Positions 1 to 15,000 of a DNA stretch of 64,000 bases are shown here, piece by piece. The DNA comes from Laetmonice hystrix. Taxonomy: Eukaryota. Made by a program: the position numbers and the translations under genes. Each line of letters opens with the position of its first letter. Position 1 is the stretch's first letter. The stretch covers positions 62,001 through 126,000 of the forward strand of contig OZ249436.1 in NCBI GenBank assembly GCA_965235115.1, given 5' to 3'. The notes below the pieces were generated by a model. That model was not told where the DNA came from. It was given only the letters and a program-made list of their open reading frames with translations, and searched no databases.

Positions 1-3000
1 ATGGAAGTAGATGATAGAAGAAACGGATGGCCTTCCTCCTGGACAGGCGTCCCTATACTACTGGCTACTCGTGTATACAAGCAAACGGTAGAGGAAGGCC
101 AAACAGTACAGGGAGGAATGGCTACAAGGTATACTGTCTGGCCTAGCACCCAAGCGAACACTTCAGTGAGGCCAAAGAGTAGGCCTACAGTGAGGCCAAA
201 CAGTACACTGTGGGGCCAAGCAGTGGGCAAGGCCAACCAGTAGAGTGAGAAATCCTTAAATCTTACCGGCTGGCCTAGTACCCATGCAAACACTACAGTA
301 AGGTAGTGGAAATGAAAGGTACAGGCGAGGAGCATCTAATGTTAAAATCTGGAAAAGATGCTCAAATGGGAAGTGTACACATCACAACCATATATCTGTA
401 GCGAACGTACGAGACCTATACGTTTGACAGTCGTACATCTGGCCTAAGAATTATAGTTTTGGGAGGCTTAGTTTCAATTTGACGTATCAAAAATGTAGCC
501 ATTTTTCGCTTATCATTGCTTTAAGCTGTCTCTCGCCTCAGAGCCACAGGTGCCTGCCAGTACGTGGTGATTCCACCGCTAGCCGGAAGGTAGCAGTGCA
601 GTCGGAGACCCCCCCCCACTTCAGTGGAGTTGTGCTGCACCCTGGTGTTTCTTGCCTGCAATATCTCGGTAGCCTTCCTTTGTTTGTTTGTTACTTGGGG
701 ATGGGATATCTGATATAGAAAAGGTGTACAACGTCATTTTCCATTGTTAACTAAAGCTTTACGGCAAACCGTCACTGGGACGACCTGACAACGTTGTCGG
801 ATGCTTACAGATGGTCTGTAGGGGACATAGATCAGGTGGGAGTAGATGATAGACGAAACGGATGGCCTTCCTCCTGGACAATAAAGGAATGGAAACATGA
901 AACATGAGGCGTCCCTAGACTACTGGCTACTCTTGTATACAAGCAAACGGTAGAGGAAGGCCAAACAGTACAGGGAGGAAGGGTTACAAGGTATACTGTC
1001 TGGCCTAGCACCCAAGCGAACACTACAGTGAGGCCAAAGAATAGGCCTACAGTGAGGCCAAACAGTACACTGTGGGGCCAAGCAGTGGGGAAGGCCAACC
1101 AGTAGAGTGAGAAATCCTTAAATCTTACCGGCTGGCCTAGTACCCATGCAAACACTACAGTGAGGTAGCGGGAATGAAAGGTACAGGCGAGGAGCATCTA
1201 ATGTTAAAATCTGGAGAAGATGCTCAAATGGGACGTGTACACATCACAACCATATATCTGTAGCGAACGTACGAGACCTATACGTTTGACAATCGTACAT
1301 CTGGCCTAAGAATCATAATTTTGGGAGGCTTAGTTTCAATTTGACGTTTCAAAAATGTAGCCATTTTTCGCTTATCATTGTTTTAACCTGTCTCTCGCCT
1401 CAGAGCCACAGGTGCCTGCCAGTACGTGGTGATTCCACCGCTAGCCGGAAGGTAGCAGTGCAGTCGGAGACCCCCCCCCCCCCCACTTCAGTGGAGTTGT
1501 GCTGCACCCTGGTGTTTCTTGCTGCAATATCTCGGTAGCCTTCCTTTGTTTGTTTGTTACTTGGGGATGGGATATCTGATATAGCAAAGGTGTACAACGT
1601 CATTTACCATTGTTAACTAAAGCTTTACGGCAAACCGTCATTGGGACGACCTGACAACGTTGTCGGACCCTTAAAGATGGTCTGTAGGGGACATAGATTA
1701 GATGGGAGTAGATGATAAACGAAACGGATGGCCTTCCTCCTGGACAATAAAGGCATGGAAACATGAAACATGAGGCGTCCCTAGACTACTGGCTACTCTT
1801 GTATACAAGCAAACGGTAGAGGAAGGCCAAACAGTACAGGGAGGAATGGCTACAAGGTATACTGTCTGGCCTAGCACCAAAGCGAACACTACAGTGAGGC
1901 CAAAGAGTAGGCCTACAGTGAGGCCAAACAGTACACTGTGTGGCCAAGCAGTGGGGAAGGCCAACCAGTAGAGTGAGAAATCCTTAAATCTTACCGGCTG
2001 GCCTAGTACCCATGCAAACACTACAGTGAGGTAGCGGGAATGAAAGGTACAGGCGAGGAGCATCTAATGTTAAAATCTGGAGAAGATGCTCAAATGGGAA
2101 GTGTACACATCACAACCATATATCTGTAGCGAACGTACGAGACCTATACGTTTGACAGTCGTACATCTGGCCTAAGAGTCATAATTTTGGGAGGCTTAGT
2201 TTCAATTTGACGTATCAAAAATTAAGCCATTTTTCGCTTATCATTTCTTTAAGCTGTCTCTCGCCTCAGAGCCACAGGTGCCTGCCAGTACGTGGTGATT
2301 CCACCGCTAGCCGGAAGGTAGCAGTGCAGTCGGAGACCCCCCACCCCACTTCAGTGGAGTTGTGCTGCACCCTGGTGTTTCTTGCCTGCAATATCTCGGT
2401 AGCCTTCCTTTGTTTGTTTGTTACTTGGGGATGGGATATCTGATATAGAAAAGGTGTACAACGTCATTTTCCATTGTTAACTAAAGCTTTACGGCAAACC
2501 GTCATTGGGACGACCTGACAACGTTGTCGGACCCTTACAGATGGTCTGTAGGGGACATAGATAAGATGGGAGTAGATGATAGACGAAACGGATGGCCTTC
2601 CTCCTGGACAATAAAGGCATGGAAACATGAAACATGAGGCGTCCCTAGACTACTGGCTACTCTTGTATACAAGCAAACGGTAGAGGAAGGCCAAACAGTA
2701 CAGGGAGGAATGGCTACAAGGTATACTGTCTGGCCTAGCACCAAAGCGAACACTACAGTGAGGCCAAAGAGTAGGCCTACAGTGAGGCCAAACAGTACAC
2801 TGTGTGGCCAAGCAGTGGGGAAGGCCAACCAGTAGAGTGAGAAATCCTTAAATCTTACCGGCTGGCCTAGTACCCATGCAAACACTACAGTGAGGTAGCG
2901 GGAATGAAAGGTACAGGCGAGGAGCATCTAATGTTAAAATCTGGAGAAGATGCTCAAATGGGAAGTGTACACATCACAACCATATATCTGTAGCGAACGT

Positions 3001-6000
3001 ACGAGACCTATACGTTTGACAGTCGTACATCTGGCCTAAGAATCATAATTTTGGGAGGCTTAGTTTCAATTGGACGTATCAAAAATGAAGCCATTTTTCG
3101 CTTATCATTTCTTTAAGCTGTCTCTCGCCTCAGAGCCACAGGGACCTGCCAGTACGTGGTGATTCCACCGCTAGCCGGAAGGTAGCAGTGCAGTCGGGGA
3201 CCCCCCCCCCCGCTTCAGTGGAGTTGTGCTGCACCCTGGTGTTTCTTCCTGCAACATCTCGGTGTCCTTCATTTGTTTGTTTGTTACTTGGGATGGGATA
3301 TCTGATATAGAAAAGGCGTACAACGTCTTTTTCCATTGTTAACTAAGGCTTTACGGCAAACAGTCATTGGGACGACCTGACAACGTTGTCGGACGCTTAC
3401 AGATGGTCTGTAGGGGACATAGATTAGATGGAAGTAGATGATAGACGAAACGGATGGCCTTCCTCCTGGACAGGCGTCCCTATACTACTGGCTACTCTTG
3501 TATACAAGCAAACGGTAGAGGAAGGCCAAACAGTACAGGGAGGAATGGCTACAAGGTATACTGTCTGGCCTAGCACCCAAGCGAACACTTCAGTGAGGCC
3601 AAAGAGTAGGCCTACAGTGAGGCCAAACAGTACACTGTGGGGCCAAACAGTGGGCAAGGCCAACCAGTAGAGTGAGAAATCCTTAAATCTTACCGGCTGG
3701 CCTAGTACCCATGCAAACACTACAGTAAGGTAGTGGAAATGAAAGGTACAGGCGAGGAGCATCTAATGTTAAAATCTGGAAAAGATGCTCAAATGGGAAG
3801 TGTACACATCACAACCATATATCTGTAGCGAACGTACGAGACCTATACCTTTGACAGTCGTACATCTGGCCTAAGAATTATAGTTTTGGGAGGCTTAGTT
3901 TCAATTTGACGTATCAAAAATGTAGCCATTTTTCGCTTATCATTGCTTTAAGCTGTCTCTCGCCTCAGAGCCACAGGTGCCTGCCAGTACGTGGTGATTC
4001 CACCGCTAGCCGGAAGGTAGCAGTGCAGTCGGAGACCCCCCCCCCCCCCACTTCAGTGGAGTTGTGCTGCACCCTGGTGTTTCTTGCCTGCAATATCTCG
4101 GTAGCCTTCCTTTGTTTGTTTGTTACTTGGGGATGGGATATCTGATATAGAAAAGGTGTACAACGTCATTTTCCATTGTTAACTAAAGCTTTACGGCAAA
4201 CCGTCATTGGGACGACCTGACAACGTTGTCGGATGCTTACAGATGGTCTGTAGGGGACATAGATCAGGTGGGAGTAGATGATAGACGAAACGGATGGCCT
4301 TCCTCCTGGACAATAAAGGAATGGAAACATGAAACATGAGGCGTCCCTAGACTACTGGCTACTCTTGTATACAAGCAAACGGTAGAGGAAGGCCAAACAG
4401 TACAGGGAGGAAGGGCTACAAGGTATACCGTCTGGCCTAGCACCCAAGCGAACACTACAGTGAGGCCAAAGAATAGGCCTACAGTGAGGCCAAACAGTAC
4501 ACTGTGGGGCCAAGCAGTGGGGAAGGCCAACCAGTAGAGTGAGAAATCCTTAAATCTTACCGGCTGGCCTAGTACCCATGCAAACACTACAGTGAGGTAG
4601 CGGGAATGAAAGGTACAGGCGAGGAGCATCTAATGTTAAAATCTGGAGAAGATGCTCAAATGGGAAGTGTACACATCACAACCATATATCTGTAGCGAAC
4701 GTACGAGACCTATACGTTTGACAGTCGTACATCTGGCCTAAGAATCATAATTTTGGGAGGCTTAGTTTCAATTGGACGTATCAAAAATGAAGCCATTTTT
4801 CGCTTATCATTTCTTTAAGCTGTCTCTCGCCTCAGAGCCACAGGGACCTGCCAGTACGTGGTGATTCCACCGCTAGCCGGAAGGTAGCAGTGCAGTCGGG
4901 GACCCCCCCCCCCCCGCTTCAGTGGAGTTGTGCTGCACCCTGGTGTTTCTTCCTGCAACATCTCGGTGTCCTTCATTTGTTTGTTTGTTACTTGGGATGG
5001 GATATCTGATATAGAAAAGGCGTACAACGTCTTTTTCCATTGTTAACTAAGGCTTTACGGCAAACAGTCATTGGGACGACCTGACAACGTTGTCGGACGC
5101 TTACAGATGGTCTGTAGGGGACATAGATTAGATGGAAGTAGATGATAGACGAAACGGATGGCCTTCCTCCTGGACAGGCGTCCCTATACTACTGGCTACT
5201 CTTGTATACAAGCAAACGGTAGAGGAAGGCCAAACAGTACAGGGAGGAATGGCTACAAGGTATACTGTCTGGCCTAGCACCCAAGCGAACACTTCAGTGA
5301 GGCCAAAGAGTAGGCCTACAGTGAGGCCAAACAGTACACTGTGGGGCCAAACAGTGGGCAAGGCCAACCAGTAGAGTGAGAAATCCTTAAATCTTACCGG
5401 CTGGCCTAGTACCCATGCAAACACTACAGTAAGGTAGTGGAAATGAAAGGTACAGGCGAGGAGCATCTAATGTTAAAATCTGGAAAAGATGCTCAAATGG
5501 GAAGTGTACACATCACAACCATATATCTGTAGCGAACGTACGAGACCTATACCTTTGACAGTCGTACATCTGGCCTAAGAATTATAGTTTTGGGAGGCTT
5601 AGTTTCAATTTGACGTATCAAAAATGTAGCCATTTTTCGCTTATCATTGCTTTAAGCTGTCTCTCGCCTCAGAGCCACAGGTGCCTGCCAGTACGTGGTG
5701 ATTCCACCGCTAGCCGGAAGGTAGCAGTGCAGTCGGAGACCCCCCCCCCCCCACTTCAGTGGAGTTGTGCTGCACCCTGGTGTTTCTTGCCTGCAATATC
5801 TCGGTAGCCTTCCTTTGTTTGTTTGTTACTTGGGGATGGGATATCTGATATAGAAAAGGTGTACAACGTCATTTTCCATTGTTAACTAAAGCTTTACGGC
5901 AAACCGTCATTGGGACGACCTGACAACGTTGTCGGATGCTTACAGATGGTCTGTAGGGGACATAGATCAGGTGGGAGTAGATGATAGACGAAACGGATGG

Positions 6001-9000
6001 CCTTCCTCCTGGACAATAAAGGAATGGAAACATGAAACATGAGGCGTCCCTAGACTACTGGCTACTCTTGTATACAAGCAAACGGTAGAGGAAGGCCAAA
6101 CAGTACAGGGAGGAAGGGCTACAAGGTATACCGTCTGGCCTAGCACCCAAGCGAACACTACAGTGAGGCCAAAGAATAGGCCTACAGTGAGGCCAAACAG
6201 TACACTGTGGGGCCAAGCAGTGGGGAAGGCCAACCAGTAGAGTGAGAAATCCTTAAATCTTACCGGCTGGCCTAGTACCCATGCAAACACTACAGTGAGG
6301 TAGCGGGAATGAAAGGTACAGGCGAGGAGCATCTAATGTTAAAATCTGGAGAAGATGCTCAAATGGGAAGTGTACACATCACAACCATATATCTGTAGCG
6401 AACGTACGAGACCTATACGTTTGACAGTCGTACATCTGGCCTAAGAATCATAATTTTGGGAGGCTTAGTTTCAATTGGACGTATCAAAAATGAAGCCATT
6501 TTTCGCTTATCATTTCTTTAAGCTGTCTCTCGCCTCAGAGCCACAGGGACCTGCCAGTACGTGGTGATTCCACCGCTAGCCGGAAGGTAGCAGTGCAGTC
6601 GGGGACCCCCCCCCCCGCTTCAGTGGAGTTGTGCTGCACCCTGGTGTTTCTTCCTGCAACATCTCGGTGTCCTTCATTTGTTTGTTTGTTACTTGGGATG
6701 GGATATCTGATATAGAAAAGGCGTACAACGTCTTTTTCCATTGTTAACTAAGGCTTTACGGCAAACAGTCATTGGGACGACCTGACAACGTTGTCGGACG
6801 CTTACAGATGGTCTGTAGGGGACATAGATTAGATGGAAGTAGATGATAGACGAAACGGATGGCCTTCCTCCTGGACAGGCGTCCCTATACTACTGGCTAC
6901 TCTTGTATACAAGCAAACGGTAGAGGAAGGCCAAACAGTACAGGGAGGAATGGCTACAAGGTATACTGTCTGGCCTAGCACCCAAGCGAACACTTCAGTG
7001 AGGCCAAAGAGTAGGCCTACAGTGAGGCCAAACAGTACACTGTGGGGCCAAACAGTGGGCAAGGCCAACCAGTAGAGTGAGAAATCCTTAAATCTTACCG
7101 GCTGGCCTAGTACCCATGCAAACACTACAGTAAGGTAGTGGAAATGAAAGGTACAGGCGAGGAGCATCTAATGTTAAAATCTGGAAAAGATGCTCAAATG
7201 GGAAGTGTACACATCACAACCATATATCTGTAGCGAACGTACGAGACCTATACCTTTGACAGTCGTACATCTGGCCTAAGAATTATAGTTTTGGGAGGCT
7301 TAGTTTCAATTTGACGTATCAAAAATGTAGCCATTTTTCGCTTATCATTGCTTTAAGCTGTCTCTCGCCTCAGAGCCACAGGTGCCTGCCAGTACGTGGT
7401 GATTCCACCGCTAGCCGGAAGGTAGCAGTGCAGTCGGAGACCCCCCCCCCCCCACTTCAGTGGAGTTGTGCTGCACCCTGGTGTTTCTTGCCTGCAATAT
7501 CTCGGTAGCCTTCCTTTGTTTGTTTGTTACTTGGGGATGGGATATCTGATATAGAAAAGGTGTACAACGTCATTTTCCATTGTTAACTAAAGCTTTACGG
7601 CAAACCGTCATTGGGACGACCTGACAACGTTGTCGGATGCTTACAGATGGTCTGTAGGGGACATAGATCAGGTGGGAGTAGATGATAGACGAAACGGATG
7701 GCCTTCCTCCTGGACAATAAAGGAATGGAAACATGAAACATGAGGCGTCCCTAGACTACTGGCTACTCTTGTATACAAGCAAACGGTAGAGGAAGGCCAA
7801 ACAGTACAGGGAGGAAGGGCTACAAGGTATACCGTCTGGCCTAGCACCCAAGCGAACACTACAGTGAGGCCAAAGAATAGGCCTACAGTGAGGCCAAACA
7901 GTACACTGTGGGGCCAAGCACTGGGGAAGGCCAACCAGTAGAGTGAGAAATCCTTAAATCTTACCGGCTGGCCTAGTACCCATGCAAACACTACAGTGAG
8001 GTAGCGGGAATGAAAGGTACAGGCGAGGAGCATCTAATGTTAAAATCTGGAGAAGATGCTCATATGGGACGTGTACACATCACAACCATATATCTGTAGC
8101 GAACGTACGAGACCTATACGTTTGACAATCGTACATCTGGCCTAAGAGTCATAATTTTGGGAGGCTTAGTTTCAATTTGACGTTTCAAAAATGTAGCCAT
8201 TTTTCGCTTATCATTGTTTTAACCTGTCTCTCGCCTCAGAGCCACAGGTGCCTGCCAGTACGTGGTGATTCCACCGCTAGCCGGAAGGTAGCAGTGCAGT
8301 CGGAGACCCCCCCCCCCCCCACTTCAGTGGAGTTGTGCTGCACCCTGGTGTTTCTTGCTGCAATATCTCGGTAGCCTTCCTTTGTTTGTTTGTTACTTGG
8401 GGATGGGATATCTGATATAGAAAAGGTGTACAACGTCATTTACCATTGTTAACTCAAGCTTTACGGCAAACCGTCATTGGGACGACCTGACAACGTTGTC
8501 GGACCCTTAAAGATGGTCTGTAGGGGACATAGATTAGATGGGAGTAGATGATAAACGAAACGGATGGCCTTCCTCCTGGACAATAAAGGCATGGAAACAT
8601 GAAACATGAGGCGTCCCTAGACTACTGGCTACTCTTGTATACAAGCAAACGGTAGAGGAAGGCCAAACAGTACAGGGAGGAATGGCTACAAGGTATACTG
8701 TCTGGCCTAGCACCCAAGCGAACACTACAGTGAGGCCAAAGAGTAGGCCTACAGTGAGGCCAAACAGTACACTGTGTGGCCAAGCAGTGGGGAAGGCCAA
8801 CCAGTAGAGTGAGAAATCCTTAAATCTTACCGGCTGGCCTAGTACCCATGCAAACACTACAGTGAGGTAGCGGGAATGAAAGGTACAGGCGAGGAGCATC
8901 TAATGTTAAAATCTGGAGAAGATGCTCAAATGGGAAGTGTACACATCACAACCATATATCTGTAGCGAACGTACGAGACCTATACGTTTGACAGTCGTAC

Positions 9001-12000
9001 ATCTGGCCTAAGAGTCATAATTTTGGGAGGCTTAGTTTCAATTTGACGTATCAAAAATTAAGCCATTTTTCGCTTATCATTTCTTTAAGCTGTCTCTCGC
9101 CTCAGAGCCACAGGTGCCTGCCAGTACGTGGTGATTCCACCGCTAGCCGGAAGGTAGCAGTGCAGTCGGAGACCCCCCCCCCCCACACTTCAGTGGAGTT
9201 GTGCTGCACACTGGTGTTTCTTGCCTGCAATATCTCGGTAGCCTTCCTTTGTTTGTTTGTTACTTGGGGATGGGATATCTGATATAGAAAAGGTGTACAA
9301 CGTCATTTTCCATTGTTAACTAAAGCTTTACGGCAAACCGTCATTGGGACGACCTGACAACGTTGTCGGACCCTTACAGATGGTCTGTAGGGGACATAGA
9401 TAAGATGGGAGTAGATGATAGACGAAACGGATGGCCTTCCTCCTGGACAATAAAGGCATGGAAACATGAAACATGAGGCGTCCCTAGACTACTGGCTACT
9501 CTTGTATACAAGCAAACGGTAGAGGAAGGCCAAACAGTACAGGGAGGAATGGCTACAAGGTATACTGTCTGGCCTAGCACCAAAGCGAACACTACAGTGA
9601 GGCCAAAGAGTAGGCCTACAGTGAGGCCAAACAGTACACTGTGTGGCCAAGCAGTGGGGAAGGCCAACCAGTAGAGTGAGAAATCCTTAAATCTTACCGG
9701 CTGGCCTAGTACCCATGCAAACACTACAGTGAGGTAGCGGGAATGAAAGGTACAGGCGAGGAGCATCTAATGTTAAAATCTGGAGAAGATGCTCAAATGG
9801 GAAGTGTACACATCACAACCATATATCTGTAGCGAACGTACGAGACCTATACGTTTGACAGTCGTACATCTGGCCTAAGAATCATAATTTTGGGAGGCTT
9901 AGTTTCAATTGGACGTATCAAAAATGAAGCCATTTTTCGCTTATCATTTCTTTAAGCTGTCTCTCGCCTCAGAGCCACAGGTACCTGCCAGTACGTGGTG
10001 ATTCCACCGCTAGCCGGAAGGTAGCAGTGCAGTCGGGGACCCCCCCCCCCGCTTCAGTGGAGTTGTGCTGCACCCTGGTGTTTCTTCCTGCAACATCTCG
10101 GTGTCCTTCCTTTGTTTGTTTGTTACTTGGGATGGGATATCTGATATAGAAAAGGCGTACAACGTCTTTTTCCATTGTTAACTAAGGCTTTACGGCAAAC
10201 AGTCATTGGGACGACCTGACAACGTTGTCGGACGCTTACAGATGGTCTGTAGGGGACATAGATTAGATGGAAGTAGATGATAGACGAAACGGATGGCCTT
10301 CCTCCTGGACAGGCGTCCCTATACTACTGGCTACTCTTGTATACAAGCAAACGGTAGAGGAAGGCCAAACAGTACAGGGAGGAATGGCTACAAGGTATAC
10401 TGTCTGGCCTAGCACCCAAGCGAACACTTCAGTGAGGCCAAAGAGTAGGCCTACAGTGAGGCCAAACAGTACACTGTGGGGCCAAACAGTGGGCAAGGCC
10501 AACCAGTAGAGTGAGAAATCCTTAAATCTTACCGGCTGGCCTAGTACCCATGCAAACACTACAGTAAGGTAGTGGAAATGAAAGGTACAGGCGAGGAGCA
10601 TCTAATGTTAAAATCTGGAAAAGATGCTCAAATGGGAAGTGTACACATCACAACCATATATCTGTAGCGAACGTACGAGACCTATACCTTTGACAGTCGT
10701 ACATCTGGCCTAAGAATTATAGTTTTGGGAGGCTTAGTTTCAATTTGACGTATCAAAAATGTAGCCATTTTTCGCTTATCATTGCTTTAAGCTGTCTCTC
10801 GCCTCAGAGCCACAGGTGCCTGCCAGTACGTGGTGATTCCACCGCTAGCCGGAAGGTAGCAGTGCAGTCGGAGACCCCCCCCCCCCCCCACTTCAGTGGA
10901 GTTGTGCTGCACCCTGGTGTTTCTTGCCTGCAATATCTCGGTAGCCTTCCTTTGTTTGTTTGTTACTTGGGGATGGGATATCTGATATAGAAAAGGTGTA
11001 CAACGTCATTTTCCATTGTTAACTAAAGCTTTACGGCAAACCGTCATTGGGACGACCTGACAACGTTGTCGGATGCTTACAGATGGTCTGTAGGGGACAT
11101 AGATCAGGTGGGAGTAGATGATAGACGAAACGGATGGCCTTCCTCCTGGACAATAAAGGAATGGAAACATGAAACATGAGGCGTCCCTAGACTACTGGCT
11201 ACTCTTGTATACAAGCAAACGGTAGAGGAAGGCCAAACAGTACAGGGAGGAAGGGCTACAAGGTATACCGTCTGGCCTAGCACCCAAGCGAACACTACAG
11301 TGAGGCCAAAGAATAGGCCTACAGTGAGGCCAAACAGTACACTGTGGGGCCAAGCAGTGGGGAAGGCCAACCAGTAGAGTGAGAAATCCTTAAATCTTAC
11401 CGGCTGGCCTAGTACCCATGCAAACACTACAGTGAGGTAGCGGGAATGAAAGGTACAGGCGAGGAGCATCTAATGTTAAAATCTGGAGAAGATGCTCAAA
11501 TGGGAAGTGTACACATCACAACCATATATCTGTAGCGAACGTACGAGACCTATACGTTTGACAGTCGTACATCTGGCCTAAGAATCATAATTTTGGGAGG
11601 CTTAGTTTCAATTGGACGTATCAAAAATGAAGCCATTTTTCGCTTATCATTTCTTTAAGCTGTCTCTCGCCTCAGAGCCACAGGGACCTGCCAGTACGTG
11701 GTGATTCCACCGCTAGCCGGAAGGTAGCAGTGCAGTCGGGGACCCCCCCCCCGCTTCAGTGGAGTTGTGCTGCACCCTGGTGTTTCTTCCTGCAACATCT
11801 CGGTGTCCTTCATTTGTTTGTTTGTTACTTGGGATGGGATATCTGATATAGAAAAGGCGTACAACGTCTTTTTCCATTGTTAACTAAGGCTTTACGGCAA
11901 ACAGTCATTGGGACGACCTGACAACGTTGTCGGACGCTTACAGATGGTCTGTAGGGGACATAGATTAGATGGAAGTAGATGATAGACGAAACGGATGGCC

Positions 12001-15000
12001 TTCCTCCTGGACAGGCGTCCCTATACTACTGGCTACTCTTGTATACAAGCAAACGGTAGAGGAAGGCCAAACAGTACAGGGAGGAATGGCTACAAGGTAT
12101 ACTGTCTGGCCTAGCACCCAAGCGAACACTTCAGTGAGGCCAAAGAGTAGGCCTACAGTGAGGCCAAACAGTACACTGTGGGGCCAAACAGTGGGCAAGG
12201 CCAACCAGTAGAGTGAGAAATCCTTAAATCTTACCGGCTGGCCTAGTACCCATGCAAACACTACAGTAAGGTAGTGGAAATGAAAGGTACAGGCGAGGAG
12301 CATCTAATGTTAAAATCTGGAAAAGATGCTCAAATGGGAAGTGTACACATCACAACCATATATCTGTAGCGAACGTACGAGACCTATACCTTTGACAGTC
12401 GTACATCTGGCCTAAGAATTATAGTTTTGGGAGGCTTAGTTTCAATTTGACGTATCAAAAATGTAGCCATTTTTCGCTTATCATTGCTTTAAGCTGTCTC
12501 TCGCCTCAGAGCCACAGGTGCCTGCCAGTACGTGGTGATTCCACCGCTAGCCGGAAGGTAGCAGTGCAGTCGGAGACCCCCCCCCCACTTCAGTGGAGTT
12601 GTGCTGCACCCTGGTGTTTCTTGCCTGCAATATCTCGGTAGCCTTCCTTTGTTTGTTTGTTACTTGGGGATGGGATATCTGATATAGAAAAGGTGTACAA
12701 CGTCATTTTCCATTGTTAACTAAAGCTTTACGGCAAACCGTCATTGGGACGACCTGACAACGTTGTCGGATGCTTACAGATGGTCTGTAGGGGACATAGA
12801 TCAGGTGGGAGTAGATGATAGACGAAACGGATGGCCTTCCTCCTGGACAATAAAGGAATGGAAACATGAAACATGAGGCGTCCCTAGACTACTGGCTACT
12901 CTTGTATACAAGCAAACGGTAGAGGAAGGCCAAACAGTACAGGGAGGAAGGGCTACAAGGTATACCGTCTGGCCTAGCACCCAAGCGAACACTACAGTGA
13001 GGCCAAAGAATAGGCCTACAGTGAGGCCAAACAGTACACTGTGGGGCCAAGCAGTGGGGAAGGCCAACCAGTAGAGTGAGAAATCCTTAAATCTTACCGG
13101 CTGGCCTAGTACCCATGCAAACACTACAGTGAGGTAGCGGGAATGAAAGGTACAGGCGAGGAGCATCTAATGTTAAAATCTGGAGAAGATGCTCATATGG
13201 GACGTGTACACATCACAACCATATATCTGTAGCGAACGTACGAGACCTATACGTTTGACAATCGTACATCTGGCCTAAGAGTCATAATTTTGGGAGGCTT
13301 AGTTTCAATTTGACGTTTCAAAAATGTAGCCATTTTTCGCTTATCATTGTTTTAACCTGTCTCTCGCCTCAGAGCCACAGGTGCCTGCCAGTACGTGGTG
13401 ATTCCACCGCTAGCCGGAAGGTAGCAGTGCAGTCGGAGACCCCCCCCCCCCCCACTTCAGTGGAGTTGTGCTGCACCCTGGTGTTTCTTGCTGCAATATC
13501 TCGGTAGCCTTCCTTTGTTTGTTTGTTACTTGGGGATGGGATATCTGATATAGAAAAGGTGTACAACGTCATTTACCATTGTTAACTCAAGCTTTACGGC
13601 AAACCGTCATTGGGACGACCTGACAACGTTGTCGGACCCTTAAAGATGGTCTGTAGGGGACATAGATTAGATGGGAGTAGATGATAAACGAAACGGATGG
13701 CCTTCCTCCTGGACAATAAAGGCATGGAAACATGAAACATGAGGCGTCCCTAGACTACTGGCTACTCTTGTATACAAGCAAACGGTAGAGGAAGGCCAAA
13801 CAGTACAGGGAGGAATGGCTACAAGGTATACTGTCTGGCCTAGCACCCAAGCGAACACTACAGTGAGGCCAAAGAGTAGGCCTACAGTGAGGCCAAACAG
13901 TACACTGTGTGGCCAAGCAGTGGGGAAGGCCAACCAGTAGAGTGAGAAATCCTTAAATCTTACCGGCTGGCCTAGTACCCATGCAAACACTACAGTGAGG
14001 TAGCGGGAATGAAAGGTACAGGCGAGGAGCATCTAATGTTAAAATCTGGAGAAGATGCTCAAATGGGAAGTGTACACATCACAACCATATATCTGTAGCG
14101 AACGTACGAGACCTATACGTTTGACAGTCGTACATCTGGCCTAAGAGTCATAATTTTGGGAGGCTTAGTTTCAATTTGACGTATCAAAAATTAAGCCATT
14201 TTTCGCTTATCATTTCTTTAAGCTGTCTCTCGCCTCAGAGCCACAGGTGCCTGCCAGTACGTGGTGATTCCACCGCTAGCCGGAAGGTAGCAGTGCAGTC
14301 GGAGACCCCCCCCCCCCCACTTCAGTGGAGTTGTGCTGCACACTGGTGTTTCTTGCCTGCAATATCTCGGTAGCCTTCCTTTGTTTGTTTGTTACTTGGG
14401 GATGGGATATCTGATATAGAAAAGGTGTACAACGTCATTTTCCATTGTTAACTAAAGCTTTACGGCAAACCGTCATTGGGACGACCTGACAACGTTGTCG
14501 GACCCTTACAGATGGTCTGTAGGGGACATAGATAAGATGGGAGTAGATGATAGACGAAACGGATGGCCTTCCTCCTGGACAATAAAGGCATGGAAACATG
14601 AAACATGAGGCGTCCCTAGACTACTGGCTACTCTTGTATACAAGCAAACGGTAGAGGAAGGCCAAACAGTACAGGGAGGAATGGCTACAAGGTATACTGT
14701 CTGGCCTAGCACCAAAGCGAACACTACAGTGAGGCCAAAGAGTAGGCCTACAGTGAGGCCAAACAGTACACTGTGTGGCCAAGCAGTGGGGAAGGCCAAC
14801 CAGTAGAGTGAGAAATCCTTAAATCTTACCGGCTGGCCTAGTACCCATGCAAACACTACAGTGAGGTAGCGGGAATGAAAGGTACAGGCGAGGAGCATCT
14901 AATGTTAAAATCTGGAGAAGATGCTCAAATGGGAAGTGTACACATCACAACCATATATCTGTAGCGAACGTACGAGACCTATACGTTTGACAGTCGTACA

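Noticed and set aside
840..875. Hammerhead ribozyme in the satellite (agatgatagacgaaac)
   Set aside because: It lacks the CUGANGA core and I could not build stems I-III.
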